The notes under the pieces were generated by a model that was given only the letters and a program-made list of their open reading frames with translations, did no database searches and was not told the DNA's origin. The translations under genes were made by a program, and so were the position numbers. 64,000 bases of DNA from Bilabrum cf. latius (lineage: Eukaryota), in the NCBI GenBank assembly GCA_965178125.1, contig OZ237758.1:744001-808000 (forward strand), read 5' to 3'. Positions 40,401 through 52,400 of the stretch are shown here, piece by piece (the stretch's first letter is position 1; every line of letters begins with the position of its first letter).

Positions 40401-41085
40401 AATCGGAGGCCTCGTCCGCATCCGCGAGCAGCATCACCGGGAGCTCCCGGGCAGCAGTGACGGGGTCAGCAGTCTCCGCCGCCTCCTCCTCGCCCTCCCA
40501 CCGCAGGGCCTCCCGCCGCGCTGCGAGGGCGGTGGCCGGGGCAAACCGCTCGATTGCCGATCGCAGGGCAAAGCTTGAAGGAAAGTCTTCCGCCGAGCCG
40601 AATACCTAGTGCCGGCATATGGGGCAGCGTGGGTGCGCAGGCAGGGCGGCCCGGAGGCTGGAGCGGTCGAACGAGTGACCGCACGGCAGCGTGACTGGAT
40701 CGACCATGAGCTCGTGCGAAAGAGGGTCGATCAGTTCCTCCGGAATTTCTTCATCTTCGTCTGAATCAGTGTCGCTCTCGCTCTGGTGCTGCCCGTCTTC
40801 GGGCTTTGCAATGCCAGCTGTATCGCCATCAGACACGTCAGTCGAGCCTTGATGCGCCGACGATTCGCCACCTGCTGGGACCGGATCCTATTGAATGTTA
40901 GCACATGCATCATTAGAGCTGGTCGTAGATCCATTGCTGCTGCCAGCGGCCTACAGGCCTTGCTGGACTGGTGACGTGCTGCCTTCGCTAGCAGCTGCAG
41001 ACAATGCGTTTTGGCGGCTACCCTAAGCAGCCCTTTGCTGTCTTCTCTGCCGAACAATGCTCCAAATGTTTTCTTCGCCATCCAT
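37465..41085 (-). CDS. U-box/RING + LON substrate-binding-like domain protein (LONRF-like E3 ligase) with C-terminal TM, ~1,206 aa; 7 in-frame TAG
   Basis: ORFs 40606-40836, 40165-40437, 39385-40068 and 37465-39249 share one frame, joined by TAG; ATG at 41085. Motifs IPEELIDPLSHELMVDPVTLPCGHSFDRSSL..CPICR and FFLPGARLRLVMHEPRYVYM; tail VAVLLLVIVALAWY-TGA. Confidence 0.8.
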
Positions 41086-41226
41086 TTTTGGTTCTCTCTT
41101 TGTATTACAAATTGAAGCAAGCAAGCAATCACATGCAAGCGAACGTTCGATCCACTGGCACGGACGAATCGCCCTTCCAGCCCTTCCACCATTTACCCCT
41201 CCATTTACGTACTACCAGCATTACCG

Positions 41227-42017
41227 AGCACATCCTCCAGCACACCCACGCAATCATCGCGACCTCCAAACCGAGCAGCTTCCAATGCGCTCACCATACG
41301 CCCACCCACCTCACCTTGAGCCATCGCCCCCCATGCCAGCACCACACCCAGCCTCAGCCGCTTGCCTCACCCAGCTCCAGTGGCCTCCCCTCCCTCGCCG
41401 CCTGGAACACCATCTCCGCATCCCTCTTGGCCTCGAAGCCCCTGCAGAAGCACAGCAGTGCAGTGCGCCTCTTCTGCAAGGCAATGATGGGCCCTGTCTC
41501 TAGCGCCTCGCAGACCGCATCACTGAAAACACCTCAGCTGCATCCTCGATATTTCCATATTGCTTTCATGCTGGGGTGTCTCTTCACGGCCTCTATCAGA
41601 CGCACTGCACCTCCATGGTACCACCACCATCCGTCAGAATCAGGCACAGGCCGATATTGAGGTTGCGCAGCCTGCCGTTGGCAAGCACCACATTGGCCAA
41701 GAGGTTTGAGGTCCGAGGGCAAATTATCGACCTGCAGAGACTCGGGCGATGCGGCTTCATGCCCATAAATATCGGCTGCTCCTGACCGCCTCACCAGCGC
41801 ATGACCAGAATAAAATACGCTTAGGGTTGAGGGCGGGGGGTGGCTGCTAGCATCAAGACCAAGGAAACTCGATGCAAAACATCCGGTCACCGCTTCTCCA
41901 TACCCCCTTTTCCTATCACCCCATCCTCTCCGCCTCACCCAGCACATCCCCCAGCACACCCACGCAACCATCGTGACCCCCAAACCGACCCGCCTCCAGT
42001 GCGCTCACCATACGCCC
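41227..42017. repeat. Pair of ~77-bp direct repeats (41227-41303 and 41941-42017) flanking a degenerate coding-like fragment
   Basis: agcacatcc(t/c)ccagcacacccacgcaa(t/c)catcg(c/t)gacc...tgcgctcaccatacgccc occurs at both sites. Confidence 0.8.
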
Positions 42018-42096
42018 CCAACACCACGAGGCTCTGGGCCACCGCCCTGCCCGCCAGCTTACCCAGCCGCAGCCGAGCCTCGTGGGGTGCGCCACT

Positions 42097-44428
42097 TCAG
42101 GGCGGTGTTGCGGGGCGGCAGGATGGTGGTGAGGGGTTGGATTGGGGCCCTGCGCGACGCGAGTGGGGTTGATCGGGAGCTTGTGCAGCACGATGCAGTG
42201 CTGTTGTTGGTGATTGTGGCGCTGGCATGGTACGCGGGCGTGTGATGAGAAGAGGCTCGTTTGTTTCCAATTTCGAAGACGAAGATAGCAAGTCAACGGA
42301 TTGCTCGCAGATTGAGACTCTGGCTCTTGTGGTCTGATTAGCATTTGAAAGTTTTGCATTCACTGCTTTCCTTGGCTATCCAAGCGTTGGGCGTAGCCCG
42401 GAGGTCGTGACCTGCTGGTGATCTTCTCTCAGCCGCGTACGAACTCGTGATTGCAATCTGTTTGTGAGAGTGCGCCATCCCAGTACCCGCGTCTTTCCCC
42501 GGCGAGCTTCCGACTGCGAAGTGTCTGCATATGGATCAGACGGGCTCTATGGACGTGAAGCCTGGCAGCATCATCGATTCCGACTACGTGGATCTTGTGA
42601 GCGAATCCAGCAGCAGCGACGATGACAGCGATGAGGAAAGACCCTCTGGCAGTGTATAGTCATCATCGATTGGCATCACCAGCATCAGCCACAGCGGCGT
42701 CCCGCACGGCGGCAAGAAGCTGGGGGTAGCGCCGAATGCAGCAGGGGTGCAGCCCACGGGCAGGGAGGCGTCTGCTTCTTCATGGAGCAGCGGTGTGGGC
42801 GTCGCATCATGGGGTGGCAGGTCATTGTCATCATCATCATCACGTATGGCGGGCTTGGTCAGCATGCCAAGCTCTGGAGGCGCTGGTGCAACCGATCGTG
42901 CACCTGCGTCCATCGGCCAGAAGCGGAGCAGGAACCATGAGGATGAGGATGGCTCAGCAGTGAGCAGCGCTGGAGGGGCGTTGAAGAGGCGGCGGGGGGA
43001 GGCCGGTCGGGATGGGGGAGAGGAGAAGGAGGGCTATCGCTGCGAGGTGTGCGGGAAGGTGCTGTGCCGTATGAGCAGCTTGAGGAATCACGTTATAGTG
43101 GTGCATCTGGGGGAGCGCAATCACGAGTGCAGCGTGTGCGGGAAGCGCTTCGGTAAGGCAAGCAATCTCAAGACGCACATGAGGACAGTGCATCTGGGGG
43201 AGCGCAATCACGAGTGCGTGGTGTGTGGCAAGCGTTTCGGGGAGGCAGGCCATCTCAAGAGGCACATGACTGTGGTGCATTTTGGGGAGCGCAATCACGA
43301 GTGCAGTGTGTGCGGGAAGCGCTTCGGGCGGGCAGGCCATCTCAAGACGCACATGAGCACAGTGCATTTTGGGGAGCGCAAGCACGAGTGCATCGTGTGT
43401 AGGAAGCGCTACGGGCAGGCAGGTGATCTCGGGAAGCACATGAGAACAGTGCATCTGGGGGAGCGCAAGCATGAGTGTGTCGTATGTGGCAAGCGCTTCG
43501 GGAAGGCAGGCACTCTCAAGAAACACCTGGCACGATTGCATTGAAGCGGCTGGGTCAGCTGTATGATGTGGGCTGCTTGATCCGAAACTCCCGGCTCCCG
43601 GTGAGGGCGGGCGTCATGCACGCGCTTGAGGTCCGATTGATGTGCCCAGATTGATGCAGCCAGCATCTCATTCGTCTGCACCAGGCACCGTCACCCGCAG
43701 GAACACAAACCTGTCAGCACGATACCCAGGGTGCCACATCTCCTGCGAGATGCTGGCGATGTGGTAGCCCCTCCTGGCCAGACCTGCGAGCAGCGGCGGA
43801 GTGAACTCGCGCTCCCTGGATTGCAGCAGGTACAGGATCTTGCAGGAAGGGTCGCGGTCGCCCGTAAGATCCGTCGGTCTGACCACAGGGAGGTGGTCAA
43901 AGGCAGGCATCCCCGTCTCCGTGGAGAGGGCTCCTGCTCCCTGGCCTTCTTCTTCTGCTTCTGCTTCTGCTTCTGCTTCTGCTGCTGTGGCTTGGCACCC
44001 TGTCCTGGGCCCAGCCCCGCCCACCCCAGCAGACTCGGTGCCACCGCCAGCGCCAGAACCGCTGGCAGCGCCGTCCTCGGAAGCAGCCGGTGTCCCGAGA
44101 CTGGTCGGCTTGCTGGATGGCAAAGCTCCAGATGCGAGGTCTGCTCCGACCGGGAGACCCTGTGATGAGTGCGACAGGAGCCGTCCGATGGTGTCGAGCA
44201 GAGGCTCAACGCAGGCAACCGGCGCCGCGAGATCACAGGCGAGCAGCAGGGGAGCCTCGATTCGGATTTCAGATTGTTTGTGGGGCTTGCTGCACTTGTT
44301 GGAGGGGCGGGTGCTGCTGCGGTAGCTGTCAATGGTGACGAGTGGGGCGCGCTTGACGAGGCAGCTGCTTCAGTGGCTGCTGCTGCCTTGCTGGCCTTGT
44401 CGTCCGATGGCAGGCAGAGCCCTGCTGC
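42097..44428. repeat. Right arm of the inverted duplication
   Basis: Reverse complement of 35374-37612 with one extra 84-bp finger unit. Confidence 0.9.
42531..43544 (+). CDS. C2H2 zinc-finger protein, 6 tandem fingers (paralogue of 36253-37173); 1 in-frame TAG at 42657
   Basis: ATG 42531 (MDQTGSMDVKPG) matches the paralogue start and is in frame with ORF 42747-43544; ends TGA. Confidence 0.88.
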
Positions 44429-44971
44429 ATCCATCGCCAGATTTTCGTGTTCAGAGTTGCCCCACTCTAGCTCCACGCACTGCACGATTCCCCCAAGACC
44501 ATTAGCTTCCACATGACGCTCGGCTTGTCGCACGACCGGCCCCAGATCGGTCGCAATAATTCGGCGTGGTCGCACGGCATCCAGACGTCCGAGTACCATG
44601 GCCACGATTCCCGTGCCGGTGCCGAGCTCAATTACTGATCGTGTGTCCCAATGAAGATCGCTGCTTTCCAGCCATTTCCCCATCACGCTTGCACCGTCCC
44701 ACACCCGATGACCAACCATCCCATGCCCCTCCTTGATCGCGATGCGCTCCAGTTGACCAGCACGCGAAGACTGACACTCAGAATCGAAATCGTACTTGTA
44801 TACCCCATCGGCCCCGTCCACAGTCGTCACCCCGCGCTTCCATGCTTTTTCTCGTTCCCAATCTGCGTATCGCTACGCATCGTGCGCGGGAGCCTTATGC
44901 TTGCGCGCTTCGACTGAACCCAACTTGCTTAAGAAAGCTGCGCTTATGCCACTTCTTTGCTTTTTGGGCAT
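43668..44971 (-). CDS. METTL21/Methyltransf_16-family protein lysine methyltransferase with an internal frame discontinuity (~44260-44360); 1 in-frame TAG
   Basis: ATG 44971. Motifs VGHRVWDGASVM, VIELGTGTGIV, IIATDL, ELEWG lie in one frame. LLLACDLAAP..VEPLLDTI and the C-terminus ending TGA 43668 lie in the -1 frame. Confidence 0.75.
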
Positions 44972-45112
44972 CTGCTGCTGAAGCCGCAAAATGCTCTGCA
45001 AAAATTGCTCCGAATCTCGACAGTCTGCCCGATAAGTTCCGCTACTCGCAGCAGTCTACCACCTTTACGCAGTGGCACGACCAAGGTTTTCGTTGTACTC
45101 AATACGTTTCGA
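44972..45112. promoter_or_regulatory. 141-bp divergent intergenic region, probable bidirectional promoter (methyltransferase / PI4K)
   Basis: Head-to-head ATGs at 44971 (-) and 45113 (+). Confidence 0.5.
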
Positions 45113-48100
45113 ATGTCTTTCTGCTGCGGCTCTTGCTTCTGCTGCTGCGGCTGCTGCGAGGAGGAGCCGGATGAGCTGTACGACCAGCACGATCCAGAGG
45201 AGCAGCGTCGGCGGACCAAGCGAAAATACAGGGACTTGATGAACGTAGCGTTTGCATCCAGGGCATTCAAGAGCGGGACACATCAGAAGGATGTGACTTT
45301 TCGAACCGTAGGAGCATTGTATGCCAATGAGGTGAGGCGGCGTTTGGTTGAAAATTTCTATGGGTTTCGTCTGCGGGAAAGACGCTCCTTTCGGCAGTGC
45401 TAGACCGTTTCATGTATCTATTTTTAATCTGACGCGTGCCCGTACGCAGCCCGGCGTCGTGCAACGGCTCTACGAGCAGCACGAACTGGAGCCAACTAGG
45501 ATGAGGTTCTTCGTGAATCATCTCGTAAATCAGCTCGTGCGAGGGGAAATGGAAGAGAAAATAGGGCTAGAAGGATTCATAATTGGGAAGAGCGAATAGT
45601 GAGCCACCAAGTACTATCTGTCGACACTCCCGGACGGTATCCCGTCAATTTGCCCTGCAACGGCCGCTCTCACCTCTTGCCTCGCAGGTCAATTCTGTTC
45701 GCGCACCGCGTGCTTTGGTTCCTCCATGCATTTGCACCCGACTCGCGATATGCTTCAAAGCTGTGCAGGGCCATTGCGTCGCGCTGCGAGTCTTCCGACC
45801 AAATGCAGCGGATTGCTCGCTCCGTGCGCATGCTCCGGCAGCCCCACTCGCCCATGGCAGACGCGGTATTTCTGCGCGGCAGCCTGTGCGCCAGACGATC
45901 GTTCTTGCTCGGAGCTTTGGCCGGAAACCACGTGCATGCGCCCGTGCAGGCCGGCGAGCAGCGAAACGCCGCACTGGCCGCAGTCCGCCAGTTCGGGCTG
46001 CAGGCCATGCAGGTATTCACCGACGCCATGACAGCAGCCACGGGACTGGTGCGCGGCAGGGGCGGTTCCGCAGGCTCGATCGACAGTGCGGGGGTAGATC
46101 CAGGGAACAACAACGGCAAGAATGGCAGGGAGAGGGGTCTGAAAGATGACAGGCTGCACCGGGGCAGCCGACCGGGCGTAGAGCTGTCGCACGCGGCGTC
46201 CCAGCTCTCCATCGACCCCGGGGCTCAGGGAACAGCGATGGAGGAAGGGGAGGCTCCGCCGGGCTCACTTTCAGCCCCGCTGCCACCGGGCGGTTCCGCA
46301 GGCGCCGCGGCGCCGGGGGACTCCCGCCGGTCCTCGATGGCCAGCAGCCGGGCGGAGCGGGTGCACTCGATCGAGACCAGGAGCAGGCAGGACTCGCTGT
46401 CCTCCATCGCAGGGACGCCCGCCGGCAGTGGCGCGGGAGGGGGTGCCGCCGCCGGGGCGTCGGCGGATGGTTCCGCAGCCGGCGCCGCGCGGCCGTCGCA
46501 CGGACCCCGCCCCGCCCCTGCAGCCACCCCTGGCCCCACCGACGCCACCGCCGCCGACGCGGAACTCTTCCTGAGGAACGTTCGTTTCTGCGAGCAGCTC
46601 TCGGAGCTCTCGAGGGACCTCAAGGCAGTCCCAGTCCCGGAGAGGAACGACCGGCTGAGGCACCAGCTGAGGGCGATCGACAGGTTCTACTGCGGGCAGG
46701 ACCGAGTCCTCGCCGCGGGCGCCGCGCCACCAAGCGTTCCTGGTTCCGCAGGGGCTGCCGCAGCGCCGGTTCCGCTGACGAACGGCCTGGTGTACGTCCC
46801 TGTGGGGAACTGCCACAACACCCTGCTGAAGGTTCATCCGGAGAACAGCTTCTGCTTCCGGACCAAAGAGAGGGTGCCATTCATGGTCGTGTTTGAGGTG
46901 TTGGAGTACGCAGACATGAAGGGGGGCCCCATCCGGCCCAGGGAACAAGAGGGGGAGCACGGGGGGTCTGTCGGGGGCGCGGCAGGGGGGGGTGCCGCAG
47001 GCGCCGCCGCGGACACGGTCCGCTGGATCCAGAAGCGGCTGGGGTTCGGCGGAGAGGGCACCGAGGGAACAGCGGCCGCGTCACGAGCCGCGGAACAGAC
47101 TCCGCTCCGTGTGGGCGGGGTGATCCCCGGGACGGGCACGGCCGGTGGCGTCGCGGCGGGGGCACACGGGGGTGAGGCCGCCGCTGGCGGGTCAAGCACG
47201 CGGGGCCGAGCGGCCTCCAGTGCGGCCAACTCGTACGGCACTGCTGATAGCCCGCCGCCCGGCGTGCTGCCCTCGGCTGATGCCTCCGGTGGCGCGGGCC
47301 GCCGCGGAGCTGAAACCGCCAAGCTCAACCCCTTGCAGGGTCTGCAACCGGCAGACGCGCAGACGGGTCGCCCTCAGGGAGGTGGTCAAACCGGCCGATC
47401 GGTCGCAAATCCCTTGGGCCAGTGGGCCTCGGGTGCCCCCCCAGGGAACAGCGGGGCACCCCCCGGCTCGAGCCTCGCGCACGGGGGCAGCGGTGCGGGT
47501 GCTGGTGCTGGTGCTGATGCTGGTGGGTCCTACCACCACGGCTCGGCCCTATCCTATGGGCCAGGGAACAGCAGGAGGGACGGAAGCGGTGCCGGCGGTG
47601 GTGGTATTCCCAGGACCAAGTCGGGTGCGTTCATAGATTCGTTTCACGAGCAGCAGCACCACGAGCAGCAGATGGGTGCAGGCATGCGCCAGGGTAGGCA
47701 CGTCGTCGGCACGCTCCACTCTCCGGTGAAGGAATCCCACGAGGAGGTAGAGGAGGAAGAAGAAGGCAGGGACTCTTCGTCCATGACCTCTCCCCGATTG
47801 GGGGAACACAGGGGGTCGCTCGACTCCACCGGTGGACCAGACGGCGGCGGCAGCCTCGCGTCTGCGAGCGGAATCTCACCCCAGCTGTCCCCAGCCAGGC
47901 ACCCAGTGAGCAGCCCCATGTACGCGTCCAGCAAGCGCTCCGAGGAATTAGACAGACCGCTCATGCTGCCCTCACCCACGCTCCCGCCCTCGTCTTCCTA
48001 GTCACAGAGGGGCAGCGGGCCCCACGCCAGGAGCCACCTGCCGGCGCCCCAAGACAGCAGGGAACTGGAGGCGCAGCTGGCCTCGGAGCTAGACCCGGCT

Positions 48101-49150
48101 CTCATGTCACACTCGGCGGCGGCTGCGGCCGCAGGGGCCTCTCAGGGCAAGCAGGATGGGGAGCGCAAGGGCGCCGCGCGTGGATCTGGTGGTTCCGCAG
48201 CCTCCGGCAGCGGCGGTGGTGAGGGTGGCGAGGGCGAGGGCCAGCGCGAGAAGAAATCGGTGTCGGTCGCTTTCCCGGACCCCTGGGCCACGGTGGAGGC
48301 GGTCAAGCGGCGCGAGAGCCGCTGGGGCCACCTGCCCGGCTGGCGCCTAGTTCCGGTGATCGTCAAGGCGAACGACGACCTGAGGCAGGAGCAGTTCGTG
48401 TCCCAGCTCCTGCGGGTGTTCCAGGACATCTGGGAGGACAAGTAGACCCCCGTGTGGGTGCGCGCCTACGACATTCTGGCTACATCCAAGGACGGCGGGA
48501 TGATCGAGGCGGTGCCGGACACGATCTCCCTGGACTCGCTCAAGCGCGCCGACCCGAACTACACGACGCTCCGCGATTTCTACGCGAGGCACTGGGGCGG
48601 CGGCTCGGACCGCTCAGCAGGGTTCCGGAAGGCGAGAGATGCGTTCCTCACGAGCCTGGCGGGCTACTCGATCATCTGCTACCTGCTCAACATCAAGGAC
48701 CGGCACAACGCCAACATTCTGATCGACAGGGAGGGCAGGGTGCTGCACATCGATTTCGGGTTCTTGCTGAGCAACTCGCCGGGTGGCAACATGAACTTCG
48801 AGAACGCGCCCTTCAAGCTGACTGCGGATTTCATCGACTTGCTCGGCGGGACTACGTCGGCGGAGTTTGAGCAGTTCAGGCGCGCGTGCGCCATGGCATT
48901 CATCGCGGCGAGGCAGCGCTACGGCAAGATCATGCTCATGGTTGAAGTCATGCTGGACGGCAATGAGGACCTTCCTTGCTTCCGAGCAGGCAAAGTGCAA
49001 GTTATGCGAGAGCTGCGGGAGCGATTTGCCCTGGGGGAGGATCACAGAGACCTCATCACGTACGTGAACAACCTCATTGACGCGTCGGCGAATAGCTGGA
49101 GAACAGGCTGCTACGACGCGTTTTAGAGGTGCTCCATGGGAATTTTGTGA
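45113..49150 (+). CDS. PI4KB: Phosphatidylinositol 4-kinase type III beta-like; exons 45113-45331, 45450-45598, 45688-49150; 4 in-frame TAG (one split by an intron)
   Basis: Motifs SILFAHRVLWFL, FRTKERVPFMVVFEV, WRLVPVIVKANDDLRQEQF, SLAGYSIICYLLNIKDRHNANILID, HIDFGFLLSNSPGGNMNFENAPFKLT, and C-terminus CYDAF*RCSMGIL-TGA. Confidence 0.93.
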
Positions 49151-49492
49151 TTGATGAATGCCCATCTTTGACTTATTATTCGCAAGCGACCGATAGCTGC
49201 TGCAGGCTGGGCGCGTTTCTCGGACCACGAGCAGTTGCACTTGGGCGTTTTTGAAACGCGCCAAAAAATCTGATTTATTTGGTCGTTGCGCGCGGATTGC
49301 GGGGCACCTGCTGCACATCCTTCAGGCGGCAGATTTCAGATCTCGTTTGACTTATAAGAACGGATAATTGTATCACATTTAATTTTTCTGCCTAGTCTCG
49401 ACTTGGCACTGCAATTGTAGATCTGAATTCGTGCAGCAGCAAGTGTTCTTGTCCCGTGTGCGAAACCGCGTGCAAATTTAATCATCTCAACC

Positions 49493-52400
49493 ATGGCAGC
49501 CATGGGCCAAGGAGGAGGTGGAAGTGGAAGTAGCATGCCTTCCTTGACAGTTGAGCGATTTGAGGGAGTCGCTCGCGCGGCCCATGATGGGGACCACGGA
49601 GCCTGGCAGTAGATATCACAGATTGTGCGGAGCGTGCAAAGCACCAAGCTGCTGCAGCAGGTCTTGGATTCCAGCACTGATTCAGTTACTCTAGGTATTG
49701 CTAGCAATGCCTTGCGGCGGCTGTTTGTGGCGCATTAGCCAAGGTTTCAGCCGAAAGACAGACTTCAAATGCGTAAGTTGCGCTCTAATTGCGATTCAGA
49801 GACCGCATCTCACTAGTTACACCGCGCTGTACGAATTGTATTTGCTATTGTTATGTTTGGAGGCGTTCCACTCCTTGAATTGCTCGATTTATTCGGACGG
49901 CTGGGTAGCAGTTGCTGGCCGCACGGCGATCGTTTGCCCTCATCGGCACCTGATTTGTTTCGGCTGCAATTAAAACGTTGCGCGCAGGAAATTACATGAT
50001 GCGATTTCTCGCCAAGAAAGGCCCCAGGCTCCAGCATCATGCTGTTCAAGCTGCCATTTCAGTTGTTGCGACGATCACCAAGCACTCGTGGTTCTCGGAA
50101 GAAGAGAAAATCAGGCAGATCATCCCTGATATTACTGTTCTGCTACAAGTGAGTCTCGAATGATCCGTACATAGCTGGTCTGCTTCGCGGGCGGTGTGCG
50201 TCACCGGAGGCACACTCCGAGCACCTGCTCGTTCGTATCGAGTATTGCAAGTGCTCGCCTGCATAGCATGAAGCACCACTGCTTTGTTCAATGTTGCCAT
50301 ATCGTTGTTCGCAGAGCAATGCAGAGCACAACGTGATCGGCCTGCAGCTGCTTCAGGTGCTCGTAGATGAGATGAACACGAGGCGGGAGGGCGTTTCCAT
50401 CACCGAGCACAGGAGGACTGCCGTGTCGTTCAGAGATGCGGCTCTCGTATTTGCGTTCGACCTAGGGCTCACCATCTTGAACCACGTGGCACTGCAGAAG
50501 ATTCAATTTGGGGGCGTCCCGCCGGACCACGCTGCCAAGCTGCAGCACACCATCACTGTGCTCGCTCTCTCGCTGGTGGACACCTGCTTGGGGTTCGACT
50601 TCGTCGGAACCACCGCCCACGAGGCCTCAGAGGAGGCGACCACGATCCATGTGCCGTCCACGTGGCGCAGCAGGATCTCCAATCCAGCCACCTTGAAGCT
50701 TTTCTTTGCCCTCTACCGCGGGCTGTGCACCGGCAAGGTCCCTGTGGACCAGACCATCGCAGAGGCCGGATCGAAGGGAGAGCAGGCGCCGCCTTCCGAC
50801 CAGCGCATCGCAGACGCCATCAGGGGGGGCGCTCTGTCGGTGAGCGAGCTCATGAGGGGCAACTGCCAGAGCATACCCATCGGGGCCAGGCAGGAGCCCG
50901 CCGTCCTTGCGCTCAACGTGCTCACTCGCTTGGCCTCCGTGCGGAGAGGGCTCTTTGCAGACGATAAGGATAGGGTCAACTACCTCACGGGGGTGCTGCA
51001 GGGAGTGGCGGTCATTCTCGAGGCCAAAATGGGGATCGATGGATCGGATCAGTGCTTCCTGGCCTTTTGCAGGTTCGCGGGGCGGGTCAAGTCCAACTTT
51101 CAGCTGAGCGAGATGATGCAGGTGCCGGAGTACCCCAAGTGGATCGCACAGATGCAGGACTTCTCGATCGCCACCTTCAATCGGTTCAGAGACGCGGACG
51201 CCACGATCGGGTACATTCTCGGGCTGTGGTCGCGCATGGCCGACGCGCTGCCATACGTGCACAAGCTGCCCGTTGGAAGGAAGGGAATGGGGGAGCCGAT
51301 CGTGGACAAAGTGGCCCCGCAGATCGCCTCGGAATACGTCAAGTCCAGGCTGCTCCTCGCGCAGAAGATCGTGGACGACGACGACGACGTGATGGACCCG
51401 TACTGCGATGGGAACGATGACCGGGTGAGAGTCGAGGTGGAGCAGCTGCCGAGGCTCTTCCGGCAGCAGTACGCACTAGTCAGCAAGGGCATCGCGGCCA
51501 TGTGGGACATACGGCAGAAGAGATACGACGAAATCATGCAGCAGTACAAAGCCGCCCAGCAGTCGGGGGCGGGACCTCCTCCTGACGGGGTGGCCAAGGC
51601 GAAGTACAGGCTTGAGTATGAGCTGGCCTGGCTCGTCTACATCATCTCCAGCGTGGTGGGCACGCAGCAGTTTGGCGGGATCGGCACCAAGACAGATACC
51701 ATCGTTGGAGACGCGGAGCTCTGCAAGCGTGTCCTCCAGCTGCTGGACCAGACCGAGGCCGCGCAGTTCCACAGGCCCTCGCGCTGCCACGAGTTTCTCG
51801 AGTCCGGCTTGCTCTTCTTCATCGAGAATTTTAGGAAGACTTTCGTGAGCGAGAGCAAAGGCATGCCTTCCCCCAAGACGACGGCCACCGGGAAGCGCAC
51901 CTGGCAGCCGTTCTCGGACGATGATCCGGACAGCGGCGCTTTCTCGATCGACGAGGGCGACGGCTCCATGGCCGCCGGATCCGCTGGCAACAGCATGCTG
52001 ACGCTCGCAGACGCCAGCGGAGGCAACGCGCTGGGCCTTGGTTCCCTGCCGATCGCGGCGCAGGCAGCGAAAGCTGCCGCTAGCATAGGGGGTTCTGGTG
52101 CCAGGGCGCACATGACTGTCAAGCAGAAGCACTTTGCGGAGTTTTTCAAGATCCTCGGGCACGAGCATACGGTGGTGGTGGGCAAACTCGTCAACAAGCT
52201 GTGCAACAACCTGAGGGCATGGGTGGACAGGAGGCCGCTGATGGAGCGCTCTCTTGACGTCTTTTTCGACATGGCGTTCACCTACTCGAGCGTGAAGCTG
52301 CTCAACACATTGCCGGCCACCGAGTTCATTCTCAAGAACCACGGGCCCAGGCACTACCCGTTCCTTGACGACCCATCGCAGGGGAGGGTGCGGACCAAGT

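Noticed and set aside
42657-42659. UAG=Trp or A-to-I editing (TAG aligns with TGG here versus the paralogue, and at 20376 versus 20421; exportin H*PRF could match a Trp position)
   Set aside because: These are single transitions in poorly conserved sequence. The conserved PI4K YDxFQ column and the many TAGs in Q/E-rich coils and disordered tracts fit Gln. Kept as a caveat.
43030-43544. 84-bp periodic repeats resembling a CRISPR array
   Set aside because: They are coding C2H2 finger units with no unique spacers and no cas genes.
34706-44428. Autonomous transposon explaining the duplications
   Set aside because: No transposase, reverse transcriptase, integrase or Rep/helicase motifs, and no clear terminal repeats with target-site duplication were recognised.
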